From Candidatus Campbellbacteria bacterium GW2011_OD1_34_28 (GTDB lineage Bacteria; Patescibacteriota; Minisyncoccia; Phycocordibacterales; UBA12079), in assembly GCA_001029775.1 (NCBI GenBank), contig CP011215.1, positions 357,722-421,721 of the forward strand: a stretch of DNA of 64,000 bases, given 5' to 3'. The position numbers were made by a program, and so were the translations under genes. Positions 1 through 8,483 of the stretch are shown here, piece after piece; the first letter of the stretch is position 1, and each line of letters starts with the position of its first letter. The notes beneath the pieces were generated by a model. That model saw only the letters and a program-made list of their open reading frames with translations, was not told the DNA's origin and searched no databases.

Positions 1-228
1 ACGGCTGACAAAGTTATGGCAAACAGAGAAGTAAAAGGAGTAAGAATCTGTGTGTCAGGAAGACTTGGAGGTGCTGAAATGGCAAGAAAAGAACAAGTAA
101 AACAAGGAAGAATTCCTCTTCAAACATTGAGAGCAGACATTGATTATTCAGTAAAGAGAGCAAATCTTACTTACGGTGTTATCGGAGTAAAGGTTTGGGT
201 TTACAAAGGAGACGTTTTTAATAAATAA
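1..228 (+). CDS. rpsC: 30S ribosomal protein S3, C-terminal part (5' end outside window)
   Basis: Frame is open from nt 1; C-terminal motif ...[12 protein letters not shown] typical of S3; followed by rplP as in the S10 operon. Confidence 0.85.
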   Translation, partial: TADKVMANREVKGVRICVSGRLGGAEMARKEQVKQGRIPLQTLRADIDYSVKRANLTYGVIGVKVWVYKGDVFNK

Positions 229-323
229 TATTTATTAAAAATATCCAATATCCAAAAAACGAATTAGAAATTGATAAATTGGACAAACTTTTAGAAATTA
301 GAAATTGGTAATTAGAAATTTGT

Positions 324-758
324 ATGTTATTTCCAAAGAAAGCAAAACATAGAAAATGGCAAAGAGGCCGAACACATCCCGACAAATTGGGAACGGCTGT
401 TCGTGGAGCAAAAGTTTCTTTTGGTTCTTTTGGACTTAAAGCATTGAGTGGCTCAAGAGTTAGATCAAATCAAATAGAATCGGCCAGAGTGGCTGCCAAC
501 AGAAAGATTGGTAAATTAGGAAAAATGTGGATTAGAATTTTCCCAGATATGCCTTTTACAGCAAAAGCCGCTGAAGTACCTATGGGTAAAGGAAAAGGTG
601 ATCCAAAGGGATATTGTGTTCAAGTTAAGCCAGGAAGAATTTTGTTTGAAGTAGACGGTGTTTCAGAAGAAGTAGCAAGAGAAGCTTTGAGAAAGGCTGG
701 AACAAAATTGCCAGTAAAGACAAAAGTAGTAAGCAGAGAAGAAGTAGACAACATTTAA
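324..758 (+). CDS. rplP: 50S ribosomal protein L16
   Basis: 144 aa; MLFPKK..HRK..RGR N-terminus and conserved L16 core; S10-operon position. Confidence 0.95.
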   Translation: MLFPKKAKHRKWQRGRTHPDKLGTAVRGAKVSFGSFGLKALSGSRVRSNQIESARVAANRKIGKLGKMWIRIFPDMPFTAKAAEVPMGKGKGDPKGYCVQVKPGRILFEVDGVSEEVAREALRKAGTKLPVKTKVVSREEVDNI

Positions 759-796
759 TTTGACTTAACATCGAAAATAGATAGTATATAACAGAT

Positions 797-994
797 ATGA
801 AAAAACAAGATAAACAAAATATTGATGACTTGCAAAAAATGCTTGCAGAAAAGAAATCAGCTTTGAGAGCCTTTCGTTTTGGAATATCAGGAAGTAAAAG
901 TAAAAATGTAAAAGAAGGCAGTAATTTAAAGAAGGACATTGCTAAGGTGCTGACTGAATTGAGGAAAAGAGAGATACAAGAAAATATACAATAA
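797..994 (+). CDS. rpmC: 50S ribosomal protein L29
   Basis: 65 aa helical protein between L16 and S17; LRAFRF motif. Confidence 0.85.
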   Translation: MKKQDKQNIDDLQKMLAEKKSALRAFRFGISGSKSKNVKEGSNLKKDIAKVLTELRKREIQENIQ

Positions 995-1018
995 TTTAAA
1001 ATTTTTAATTTATAAAAA

Positions 1019-1291
1019 ATGAACAAAGAAACACAAACAGAGAAAAAAGAAAGCACAAACAACGGTAAGATTTTGTCTGGTGTTGTTGTTTCTGACAAAA
1101 TGAAAGATACCATAGTTGTTAAGGTTCAGAGATTTGTTAAACATCCAAAATATCAGAAATATGTAAAGATTGATAAGAAAATCAAGGCTCACGATGCAGG
1201 GAATACAGCAAAGATCGGAGACAAAGTAGAAATTGTAGAAACAAAGCCGATTTCAAAAGACAAACACTTCAGGTTAGTGAAAAGTTCATAA
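1019..1291 (+). CDS. rpsQ: 30S ribosomal protein S17
   Basis: GVVVSDKMKDTIVVKV..KHPKYQKY motif. Confidence 0.92.
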   Translation: MNKETQTEKKESTNNGKILSGVVVSDKMKDTIVVKVQRFVKHPKYQKYVKIDKKIKAHDAGNTAKIGDKVEIVETKPISKDKHFRLVKSS

Positions 1292-1389
1292 AGTTCATAA
1301 AGTTTAAAGTAACGAATTCTGCTTTATAAAATTTGTTGCAAGATAACTTTAAAAACTTTATAACTTTATAAACATTTAACTCAAATATT

Positions 1390-1761
1390 ATGATTCAACC
1401 ACAGACAATAGTAAAAATAACAGACAATTCGGGAGGAAAAATCGGAAGAGTTTTCAAAATTCCCGGAGGATCAAAAAAGAGATATGCGAGAATAGGTGAT
1501 ATCGTTATCTTGTCTGTGCAAACAGCAGAACCAAGAAAACAAGTAAAGAAAAAAGATGTTTTGTCTGCTGTTGTTGTGAGACAAAGACAGCCTTTCAGAA
1601 GAAAAGACGGTTCTTACATTTATTTTGATGAAAACGCAGTTGTAATAATTGATAAAAACAAGAAAGAACCAAAGGCAGGTAGAGTTTTTGGACCAATCCC
1701 AAGAGAGATTTCAGAAATGGGTTATCAAAAGATTGCTTCATTGGCACCAGAGATAGTATAA
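1390..1761 (+). CDS. rplN: 50S ribosomal protein L14
   Basis: MIQPQTIVKITDNSGGK N-terminus, 123 aa. Confidence 0.95.
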   Translation: MIQPQTIVKITDNSGGKIGRVFKIPGGSKKRYARIGDIVILSVQTAEPRKQVKKKDVLSAVVVRQRQPFRRKDGSYIYFDENAVVIIDKNKKEPKAGRVFGPIPREISEMGYQKIASLAPEIV

Positions 1762-1794
1762 AAAGCTTATAGCCGATAGCTAATAGTAAAAAAT

Positions 1795-2103
1795 ATGAAA
1801 ATTAGAAAAGACGATAAAGTAATAGTGATTGCTGGAAAAGACAAAGGCAAAACAGGTAAAGTTTTGAAGGCTATTCCCGCTGAAGACAAAGTTGTTGTTG
1901 AGGGTGTTAATCTTAAAAAGAAACATCAAAAAGCAAACAAAAGCGGAAAAAAAGGCCAAATTATTGATAAAATTTTTCCAATTCACGTTTCTAATGTTAT
2001 GTTGGCTGATCCAAAATCAGACAAACCAACAAGAATTGGTAAGAAATTGGTAGGAGACAAGTTTGTTAGGATTGCTAAAAAGAGCGGAACAACTCTAAAA
2101 TAA
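1795..2103 (+). CDS. rplX: 50S ribosomal protein L24
   Basis: KIRKDDKVIVIAGKDKGKTGKV KOW motif. Confidence 0.92.
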   Translation: MKIRKDDKVIVIAGKDKGKTGKVLKAIPAEDKVVVEGVNLKKKHQKANKSGKKGQIIDKIFPIHVSNVMLADPKSDKPTRIGKKLVGDKFVRIAKKSGTTLK

Positions 2104-2108
2104 TATCT

Positions 2109-2678
2109 ATGGAAACATTAAAAGAAAAAAAGAATAAAATTTTTGATTTGATGAAAGGTGAGTTTGGTTATACAAATGTTATGCAAGCTCCAAAAATTGA
2201 AAAAATTGTTGTTTCTGTTGGTATTGGTTCTGTAAATGATAAAAATAAAATAACCCTTATTGAAGACCGAATCACAAAAATTACTGGACAAAAGCCATCT
2301 GTAAGAAAAGCAAAGAAATCAATCGCTGCTTTTAAATTGAGAGAGGGAACAGAAGTTGGATATCAAGTAACATTGAGAGGTCCAAGAATGATGTCTTTTT
2401 TTGATAAACTAGTAAATGTTGCATTGCCAAGAATGAAAGACTTTAGAGGTTTGACAACAAAAGGTGTAGATTCAATCGGAAATTATACTTTGGGATTGAG
2501 AGAACACACAATTTTCACAGAAGCATCTGATGAAGAATTGAAAAATGTTTTTGGTTTGGCAATTACAATTGTAACAACAGCAAAAACAAAAGAAGAAGCT
2601 ATTACTTTGTTAAAAAATCTAGGATGGCCATTTAAAAAGCAAGAAGATGAGCCAAAAAAGAAAAGAAAGATTAAATAA
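2109..2678 (+). CDS. rplE: 50S ribosomal protein L5
   Basis: 189 aa; conserved L5 core (KIVVSVGIG, GYQVTLRG). Confidence 0.95.
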   Translation: METLKEKKNKIFDLMKGEFGYTNVMQAPKIEKIVVSVGIGSVNDKNKITLIEDRITKITGQKPSVRKAKKSIAAFKLREGTEVGYQVTLRGPRMMSFFDKLVNVALPRMKDFRGLTTKGVDSIGNYTLGLREHTIFTEASDEELKNVFGLAITIVTTAKTKEEAITLLKNLGWPFKKQEDEPKKKRKIK

Positions 2679-2694
2679 TTTAAAATAAAATAGA

Positions 2695-2724
2695 AAAACC
2701 TCGGCTTGCGCCGAGGTTTTTCTA
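2695..2724 (+). terminator. Rho-independent terminator after rplE (cctcggc-ttgc-gccgagg + T-run)
   Basis: Perfect 7-bp GC stem followed by TTTTTCTATTTT. Confidence 0.6.
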
Positions 2725-2780
2725 TTTTAAATTATTATTTTTTTGTAATTCGAAAATTTTTAGGTAAAAATTGAAAATTA

Positions 2781-2810
2781 AAAAAGACAGGGACGAGCCC
2801 TGTCTTTTGT
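2781..2810. terminator. Bidirectional terminator hairpin gacaggg-acga-gccctgtc flanked by A-run and T-run
   Basis: Lies just 3' of the minus-strand ORF 2814-3119 and downstream of rplE. Confidence 0.5.
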
Positions 2811-2813
2811 GTC

Positions 2814-3119
2814 TTAATGACGGCAATTTGCCTCCGCGCTCTTTGTTTTTGGTTTTTTTTGTTGAAGGCGAGTTTTCGTTCCGACGATATTTCCGATAAT
2901 CTCGAATCTCTCATTGGGAAAAAATTTGAAGAGAGGACCTGCTTCAGACCGTGTTTCTCTAAAACACTCACCGCAAATGTGGTCGGCAATGATAAGGGAC
3001 TCTTTTTCTTTTCCGTTACGGGTAATTTTTTTTGTAAGGAATGTTTCTCCTACAAAAAATACCTCTCCAGGCAGTATGTCACTGTATGCCTTGGTTATAA
3101 TCGTCTCGTCCATGTCCAT
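2814..3119 (-). CDS. Hypothetical small protein (101 aa) with CxxC...CxH; non-ribosomal insert within the spc operon
   Basis: Minus-strand ORF with GAGAGGTGG Shine-Dalgarno 6 nt before ATG; its own terminator hairpin; no recognised family. Confidence 0.45.
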   Translation of the reverse strand: MDMDETIITKAYSDILPGEVFFVGETFLTKKITRNGKEKESLIIADHICGECFRETRSEAGPLFKFFPNERFEIIGNIVGTKTRLQQKKPKTKSAEANCRH

Positions 3120-3317
3120 TGTCCACCTCTCGCTCCGAAGGTTAATAAAAATACTTTTATCTGTATCAAGACTATCACAAATTTTTACTTCTTCAAAACT
3201 TGCAGGGACTCGGTTCCCGCAGGTTTAGTTTTTACAAATTTTTGTTAAAAAATACCAAGATTTAAACTTGGGTAGTGATGTATAAATAAAAACTAGATTT
3301 ATGTCGTAAGTAAGATT

Positions 3318-3373
3318 AAACCAAAAAATTACGAAATTTTCACGGTCGTGAAAATTTCGTAATTTTTTGGTTT
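3318..3373. repeat. Palindromic repeat, family P (AAATTACGAAATTTTCAC-GGTCGTG-...), variant copy
   Basis: Near-perfect 50-bp palindrome; related copies at 27927-27972, 28617-28663, 47794-47845. Confidence 0.7.
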
Positions 3374-3514
3374 GGAATTTGAAATTTGAAACATTTGAAT
3401 TTTAAAATCTTAAAATTACAAAAAGTAAAAAGTTCGCACGGGAGTTTTATTGAAGTATGAATTTTTTAATTTTTGACTTTAAAAATAATTGATATTTGAG
3501 AAATAAAAAATCAC

Positions 3515-3548
3515 CCAGCAGAAGCGCTTCTGCTGGGTGATGTGGTTG
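3515..3548 (-). terminator. Minus-strand rho-independent terminator (tcacccagcagaagc-gcttctgctgggtga + T-run on minus strand)
   Basis: 14-bp perfect stem; on minus strand followed by TTTTTTATTT. Confidence 0.6.
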
Positions 3549-4092
3549 GTGTCCTCGGACGCGTTCCGAGAACCCCCAGAGGCCGGCTTTGTGCCGGTTT
3601 ATCCGTGGAGGGGAATTTCACCCCTCCTGATCGATGGTCGCCGATGTGGGGCGTGTCCTTGACCCAAAACGCAGGCAATCTGACTTGCGTCTGTCGTTGG
3701 CACATGCCGTTGGCAACCTTCCTTGCCGTCGGTATCTCCACCGGAATCATCTATCGTGGCCTGCTAGCAAGCCACAACTCCTCCGGTACCGACTTCCAGA
3801 ATCCGTCAAGACGCTTTTTGTCTTCCATGGCGTGGCGGAACCAGTCTAAAATCGCTATGCGTGGCGATTCTCGACGGGATTTTCTCGTGCGACTGGCCCA
3901 GTATTTTAGGGCCGGCCGGTCTTGGAACTTCAGCCGAAGGCTATCGGGCAGGTGGTGGTGGCCCCGGCGACGATCGAAATCCGTTCGGGTCGCGGGGGTG
4001 CAGGGGTCTGGTTGTCGGCTTTCAGCAAGGTTTTGGCGATTGCGGGATGTCCTTTGTTCATGGCGTTTTTTCCTCCTCTGTTGTGGTTGGTG
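3541..4092 (-). other. GC-rich (~58-60%) ~0.55 kb non-coding island flanked by 11-bp direct repeats TGTGGTTGGTG; candidate structured RNA or foreign insertion
   Basis: GC far above the window background. All ORFs here are R/W/P-rich nonsense in every frame. Direct repeats at 3541-3551 and 4082-4092. Minus-strand terminator abuts it. Contains a 44-codon minus-strand ORF with a GGAGGA SD. Confidence 0.4.
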
Positions 4093-4430
4093 AAGAACAA
4101 TATTTTATAAAAACATCTTAGCACTCGTCAAAAATTTGTCAAGTGTTTATTTTGTATACATCTTTTGTTTTTATCGTATTTTTGTAATTCAAAATTAGAT
4201 ATTCAATTAAAATTTTAAATTTGAAATTACCTCCATACCCTAAACGCTATATGCTAAACCCTATTAGAATGTTGACTTTGAATCAGGTCTTTGATAAGAT
4301 ACTGTCTAGTTAATTAAAGCCTTGCGCTTTATTAGCGACGTAGAGTGAAAGAAATGAAAATTCATTTTCATTTCTGAACCGAGGAGCTAATATAAGGGCG
4401 CCTGCCGCTTTTATTTTAATTTTAAAAACA

Positions 4431-4616
4431 ATGGCAAAAAAATCAGTAATCGCTAGAGCAAATAGAACACCAAAATATTCTTCAAGAGTTGTTAGAAGAT
4501 GTTTTAAATGTGGCAGAAAACACGGATACATGAGAGATTTTGATTTGTGTCGTATTTGTTTCAGAGAATTAGCAAATGAGGGCAAATTGCCCGGAGTTAC
4601 TAAATCATCTTGGTAA
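4431..4616 (+). CDS. rpsN: 30S ribosomal protein S14, Zn-binding type Z
   Basis: 61 aa with [10 protein letters not shown]...CRICFRE zinc-ribbon. Confidence 0.93.
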   Translation: MAKKSVIARANRTPKYSSRVVRRCFKCGRKHGYMRDFDLCRICFRELANEGKLPGVTKSSW

Positions 4617-4787
4617 AAAAAGAGCCAATAGCTAATAGCCGATAGCTGATAGTAAAAAATATGAAATTATTTTTGTAATATCCTATAAGCTATGAGCTGT
4701 CAGCTATAAGCTCGGTTAAATTCAATATAAATTACAAATATTAATAAATATTCGGGCTGTAGCAATGGCTAGACGACGAATAATAAT

Positions 4788-5177
4788 ATGGATAAAATTT
4801 CAAACTTAATAATAAATATAAAGAACGCAGGAAATGTTGAAAAAGAACATGCTTCTGTTCCTTTTTCTAATTTCAGAATGGAAATAGCTAATCTTCTAAA
4901 AAAAGAAGGTTATTTGAAAGATGTTGTAAAAAAAGGCAAAAAACCAAAATTTACAATTGAAATGGAGATTGCCTTCAAAGAAGACGGAACTCCAAGAGTA
5001 GAAGATGTAAAAAGAGTCTCAAAACCATCAAAGAGAATTTATTTTGGAGCAAAAGATATCAGACCTGTCAAAGGAGGAAGAGGTATTTTGGTGCTTTCTA
5101 CTCCAAAAGGTATTTTGACAGATAGACAAGCAAGAAAAGAAAATGTTGGAGGTGAAGTTTTATTTAAAATTTGGTAA
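4788..5177 (+). CDS. rpsH: 30S ribosomal protein S8
   Basis: 129 aa; ends ...GGEVLFKIW; spc-operon position. Confidence 0.95.
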   Translation: MDKISNLIINIKNAGNVEKEHASVPFSNFRMEIANLLKKEGYLKDVVKKGKKPKFTIEMEIAFKEDGTPRVEDVKRVSKPSKRIYFGAKDIRPVKGGRGILVLSTPKGILTDRQARKENVGGEVLFKIW

Positions 5178-5185
5178 AAAATATT

Positions 5186-5719
5186 ATGAGTAGAATAGGA
5201 AAAAGAGAAATATCAATACCTGAAAAGACAGAAGTCATCATTGATGGTAACAAAGTTACTGTTAAGGGCCCTTTGGGTGAGCTAACGAGAGAAATTAGAT
5301 CTGAAATAAAAATCAAGATTGAAAATGGGATTATTACAATGACACCAATAGATGAAACTGTTTTTGTGAGATCTTTGTGGGGAACAACATCTTCTCATAT
5401 ATCAAACATGATTGACGGAGTAAACAAGCCCTTCGAAAAGAAATTGATTGTTGAAGGAGTTGGTTTTAGAGCAGATGCAAAGGGAAAAGATTTGGTTATG
5501 AACCTTGGATTTTCACACGAAGTAATCATTCCTATTCCTGCCGATCTTACTGTAACGACAGAAAAGAACACAATCACAATTTCCGGAATTGACAAAGAAA
5601 GAGTTGGAAAGTTTTCCGCAGATGTGAGATCAAATAAAAAACCAGAACCTTACAAAGGAAAGGGAATCAGATATAGCGACGAGGTAGTAAGAAGAAAACA
5701 AGGAAAGAAAACAGCATAA
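5186..5719 (+). CDS. rplF: 50S ribosomal protein L6
   Basis: MSRIGKREI start (ORF-track start 5171 is probably too early); two L6 repeats. Confidence 0.93.
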   Translation: MSRIGKREISIPEKTEVIIDGNKVTVKGPLGELTREIRSEIKIKIENGIITMTPIDETVFVRSLWGTTSSHISNMIDGVNKPFEKKLIVEGVGFRADAKGKDLVMNLGFSHEVIIPIPADLTVTTEKNTITISGIDKERVGKFSADVRSNKKPEPYKGKGIRYSDEVVRRKQGKKTA

Positions 5720-5760
5720 AATATTTAAACATTTAAATATTTAAATATAAATTAAAAAAT

Positions 5761-6111
5761 ATGGACAAGTCAATTGCTAAAAAAGAAAAAAGAAATAGAA
5801 GACATAACAGAATCAGAGCCAAAGTAAAAGGTACAGCTCTTATGCCTAGATTGAATGTATTTAGATCAAATACGGCTATTTATGCTCAGATAATAAACGA
5901 TGATGCAGGAAGTACATTGGTATCTTTTTCTTCAAATGAAGTGAAAGGAAAGAAAGGTCTTGAAAGAGCAAAGCAAGTAGGAACTGAATTAGCAAAATTG
6001 GCTGTTGAAAAGAAAATAAAAAAGATAGTTTTTGACAGAGGAGGATATATTTATACAGGAAATATTAGAGCATTGGCAGAAGGAGCAAGAGAAGGAGGTT
6101 TAATTTTTTAA
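5761..6111 (+). CDS. rplR: 50S ribosomal protein L18
   Basis: RLNVFRSNTAIYAQIIND...ALAEGAREGGL. Confidence 0.93.
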   Translation: MDKSIAKKEKRNRRHNRIRAKVKGTALMPRLNVFRSNTAIYAQIINDDAGSTLVSFSSNEVKGKKGLERAKQVGTELAKLAVEKKIKKIVFDRGGYIYTGNIRALAEGAREGGLIF

Positions 6112-6161
6112 TAAATTAAAAAATAAATATTTAAAAATTTAAATATTTAAATATTGATAAG

Positions 6162-6749
6162 ATGGAAAATCAAGAAGAAAAAAATAATATTGTTGCCGAA
6201 GCAGGTGTTAAAGAAGAAAATAATTCTGCGGCTGTTGAGGTTGCAGGTGACAATTCAAAGAGACCTTTTTTGAAAAAGAACTTCAAATCAAGAAAACCAA
6301 GAACAAAACCTGAAAGACAAAAATCTGAATTTGATCAAAAAATTATCGATATTAGAAGGGTTACTCGTGTTGTTAAAGGAGGAAGAAGATTCAGCTTTAG
6401 CGTAGCAATGATTCTTGGAAATAAAAAAGGATCTGTTGGGGTTGGATTGGGAAAAGCATCTGATACATCTTTGGCAATTGATAAGGCAATGAGAGATGCT
6501 AAAAGAAAGATGGTTAGAGTTAAATTGACAAAAGATATGACAATCCCTCACGAAGTTAGCGCAAAATATTGTGCTTCTGATGTTGTGATTAGACCTGCAA
6601 AAGGAAGAGGAGTAGTAGCAGGTAGCTCACTTAGAACTGTTCTAGAATTGGCAGGAGTAAATGAAGTGGGAGGAAAAGTTTTGTCTAGAAGCAAAAATAA
6701 AATTAATAATGCAAGAGCTGCTATAAAAGCTTTGTCAAAGTTAAAATAA
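6162..6749 (+). CDS. rpsE: 30S ribosomal protein S5 with N-terminal low-complexity extension
   Basis: RVTRVVKGGRRFSFSVAMILG S5 signature. Confidence 0.93.
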   Translation: MENQEEKNNIVAEAGVKEENNSAAVEVAGDNSKRPFLKKNFKSRKPRTKPERQKSEFDQKIIDIRRVTRVVKGGRRFSFSVAMILGNKKGSVGVGLGKASDTSLAIDKAMRDAKRKMVRVKLTKDMTIPHEVSAKYCASDVVIRPAKGRGVVAGSSLRTVLELAGVNEVGGKVLSRSKNKINNARAAIKALSKLK

Positions 6750-6753
6750 AAAT

Positions 6754-7188
6754 ATGCAACTTAATAATATAAAAAAGAATAGATCAAACAAAACCTCTAT
6801 TCGTATCGGAAGAGGAGGAAAAAGAGGAAAGACATCTGGAAAGGGTACCAAAGGACAAAATGCTAGAACCGGTAACAGCACAAGACCTGAAATCAGAGAT
6901 ATGATAAAGAAGCTTCCTAAATTGAGAGGTTATCGTTTTAATTCTTTCAAGGTGCCAAGCACTCCAGTAAATTTGTCTGATTTAGATAAAGTTTTCGCTA
7001 ACGGAGAAAAAGTGACTCCAAGAATTTTGATTAACAAAAAAATCGTTAATTTGAAAGACGGAAAAGTTCCCACAGTAAAGATTTTGGCGACAGGGGAAAT
7101 CTCAAAGAAAATAAATGTTTCAGGTTGTGTATTTTCTCAAACAGCAAAAGAGAAAATTGAAAAAGCAGGAGGAACGGTAAAAATTTAA
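6754..7188 (+). CDS. rplO: 50S ribosomal protein L15 (follows S5 directly; no L30 gene)
   Basis: GRGGKRGKTSGKGTKGQNARTG motif; only 4 nt after rpsE. Confidence 0.92.
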   Translation: MQLNNIKKNRSNKTSIRIGRGGKRGKTSGKGTKGQNARTGNSTRPEIRDMIKKLPKLRGYRFNSFKVPSTPVNLSDLDKVFANGEKVTPRILINKKIVNLKDGKVPTVKILATGEISKKINVSGCVFSQTAKEKIEKAGGTVKI

Positions 7189-7214
7189 ACATTTAAATAT
7201 TTAAATATTGTTTA

Positions 7215-8483
7215 ATGAATTTCACAAACAAACTAAAACTAATATTTCAAGATAAGAACCTAAGAAGTAGAATTTTGTTTTTGCTTGGTTTTTTGGTTTT
7301 GTTTAGAGTACTAGCCGCTATTCCAATTCCAGGAGTTGATGCAGAAAAATTGTCACAATTTTTCTCAAACAACCAATTCTTTGGTTTGATGAACATCTTT
7401 TCAGGAGGAGGTCTATCTACTTTGTCTATCATAATGCTCGGAGTAGGTCCTTACATCACCGCATCAATTATTATGCAGTTGATGACAATGATGTCTGAAA
7501 GATTGAAAGCTTTGTATCACGAAGAAGGCGAGGCAGGAAGAAGAAAAATTTCTCAATATTCAAGATTGCTTACTCTTCCTTTGGGAATGTTGCAAGGTTT
7601 TGCTTTTCTAAATCTGTTAAAAAGTCAGGGTATTTTGGGTGAATTGACCAATTTTGAGATGCTAGTAAACATTTCTGTTATCGTTGCTGGTTCTATTTTG
7701 CTTGTTTGGATCGGAGAATTGATGAGCGAGTTTGCTATTGGAAACGGAGTATCAATCATAATCTTTGCAGGTATTGTGGCTAGTTTGCCAACGACAATCA
7801 GTCAAATGGCAGTTACTTTTGATGTATCACAAATCCCCGTTTACTTGGCATTCTTGGTTGTTGCTATTGTCATCATTACAGGTGTAGTCGTTGTCACAGA
7901 GGCAGAAAGACCAATTCCTATCAATTATTCAAAAAGAGTAAGAGGTGGAAAAGTTTACGGTGGTGTCTCAACATATCTTCCTCTACGAGTAAACCAAGCG
8001 GGTGTTATTCCGATTATCTTTGCACTTTCAATCTTGTTATTTCCACAAATGATTTTTAGTTTCTTGTCTCAGCTAAACAACGAAGTGATAAAGAATATTT
8101 CTGATGTTGGTTTGGATTTGTTGGCAAATCAGTGGGTATATGGAATATCATACTTTGTTCTTGTATTCTTGTTTACTTATTTCTACACAGCTGTTACTTT
8201 TGATCCAGAAGCAATCTCAACAAATTTGCAAAGGGGAGGGGCTTTTATTCCAGGAATTAGACCAGGAGCAAATACTTCTCAATATATTGCAAAAGTTTTG
8301 ACAAGAATTACTCTTGTTGGAGCATCTTTCCTTGGTTTCATTGCAATCTTGCCTTTGATAATGCAAGGTCTTACAGGAATTGCATCTTTGGCAATAGGAG
8401 GTACCGCACTTTTGATTGTGGTCTCTGTTGTCCTAGATTTGATTAAAAAGGTGGATGCACAGGTTTCTATTAGAGAATACTAG
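7215..8483 (+). CDS. secY: Preprotein translocase subunit SecY
   Basis: 422 aa, 10 TM helices, conserved SecY motifs. Confidence 0.95.
   Translation: MNFTNKLKLIFQDKNLRSRILFLLGFLVLFRVLAAIPIPGVDAEKLSQFFSNNQFFGLMNIFSGGGLSTLSIIMLGVGPYITASIIMQLMTMMSERLKALYHEEGEAGRRKISQYSRLLTLPLGMLQGFAFLNLLKSQGILGELTNFEMLVNISVIVAGSILLVWIGELMSEFAIGNGVSIIIFAGIVASLPTTISQMAVTFDVSQIPVYLAFLVVAIVIITGVVVVTEAERPIPINYSKRVRGGKVYGGVSTYLPLRVNQAGVIPIIFALSILLFPQMIFSFLSQLNNEVIKNISDVGLDLLANQWVYGISYFVLVFLFTYFYTAVTFDPEAISTNLQRGGAFIPGIRPGANTSQYIAKVLTRITLVGASFLGFIAILPLIMQGLTGIASLAIGGTALLIVVSVVLDLIKKVDAQVSIREY

Noticed and set aside
625-1113. Antisense/shadow ORFs inside well-supported genes (e.g. 625-1113 -, 9152-9541 -, 14155-14517 -, 23869-24270 -, 24524-25030 -, 36020-36400 -, 54516-55000 -, 57328-57777 -, 59453-59923 -)
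   Set aside because: They lie opposite conserved housekeeping genes, have Phe/Leu/Cys-rich composition typical of reverse frames of AT-rich Lys/Glu-rich genes, and have no ribosome-binding sites.
3515-4092. Naming the GC islands (3.5 kb, 58.3 kb, 61.4 kb) as RNase P RNA, tmRNA, SRP or 6S RNA
   Set aside because: I could not find the universally conserved P4 strands (AGGAAAGUCCGG / ACAGAANCCGGCUUA), a tRNA-like GGUUCGA T-arm plus tag ORF, or the SRP domain-IV GGAA/AGCAG motif. They are left unclassified pending covariance-model search.
3511-4124. Protein-coding interpretation of the GC-rich island (ORFs 3542-4093 +, 3634-3849 +, 3861-4121 +, 3511-3750 -)
   Set aside because: Translations are W/R/P/S-rich nonsense in all frames, they overlap each other, and they have no SD. 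Only the 44-codon minus-strand peptide has a credible start, and it is kept as a remark only.
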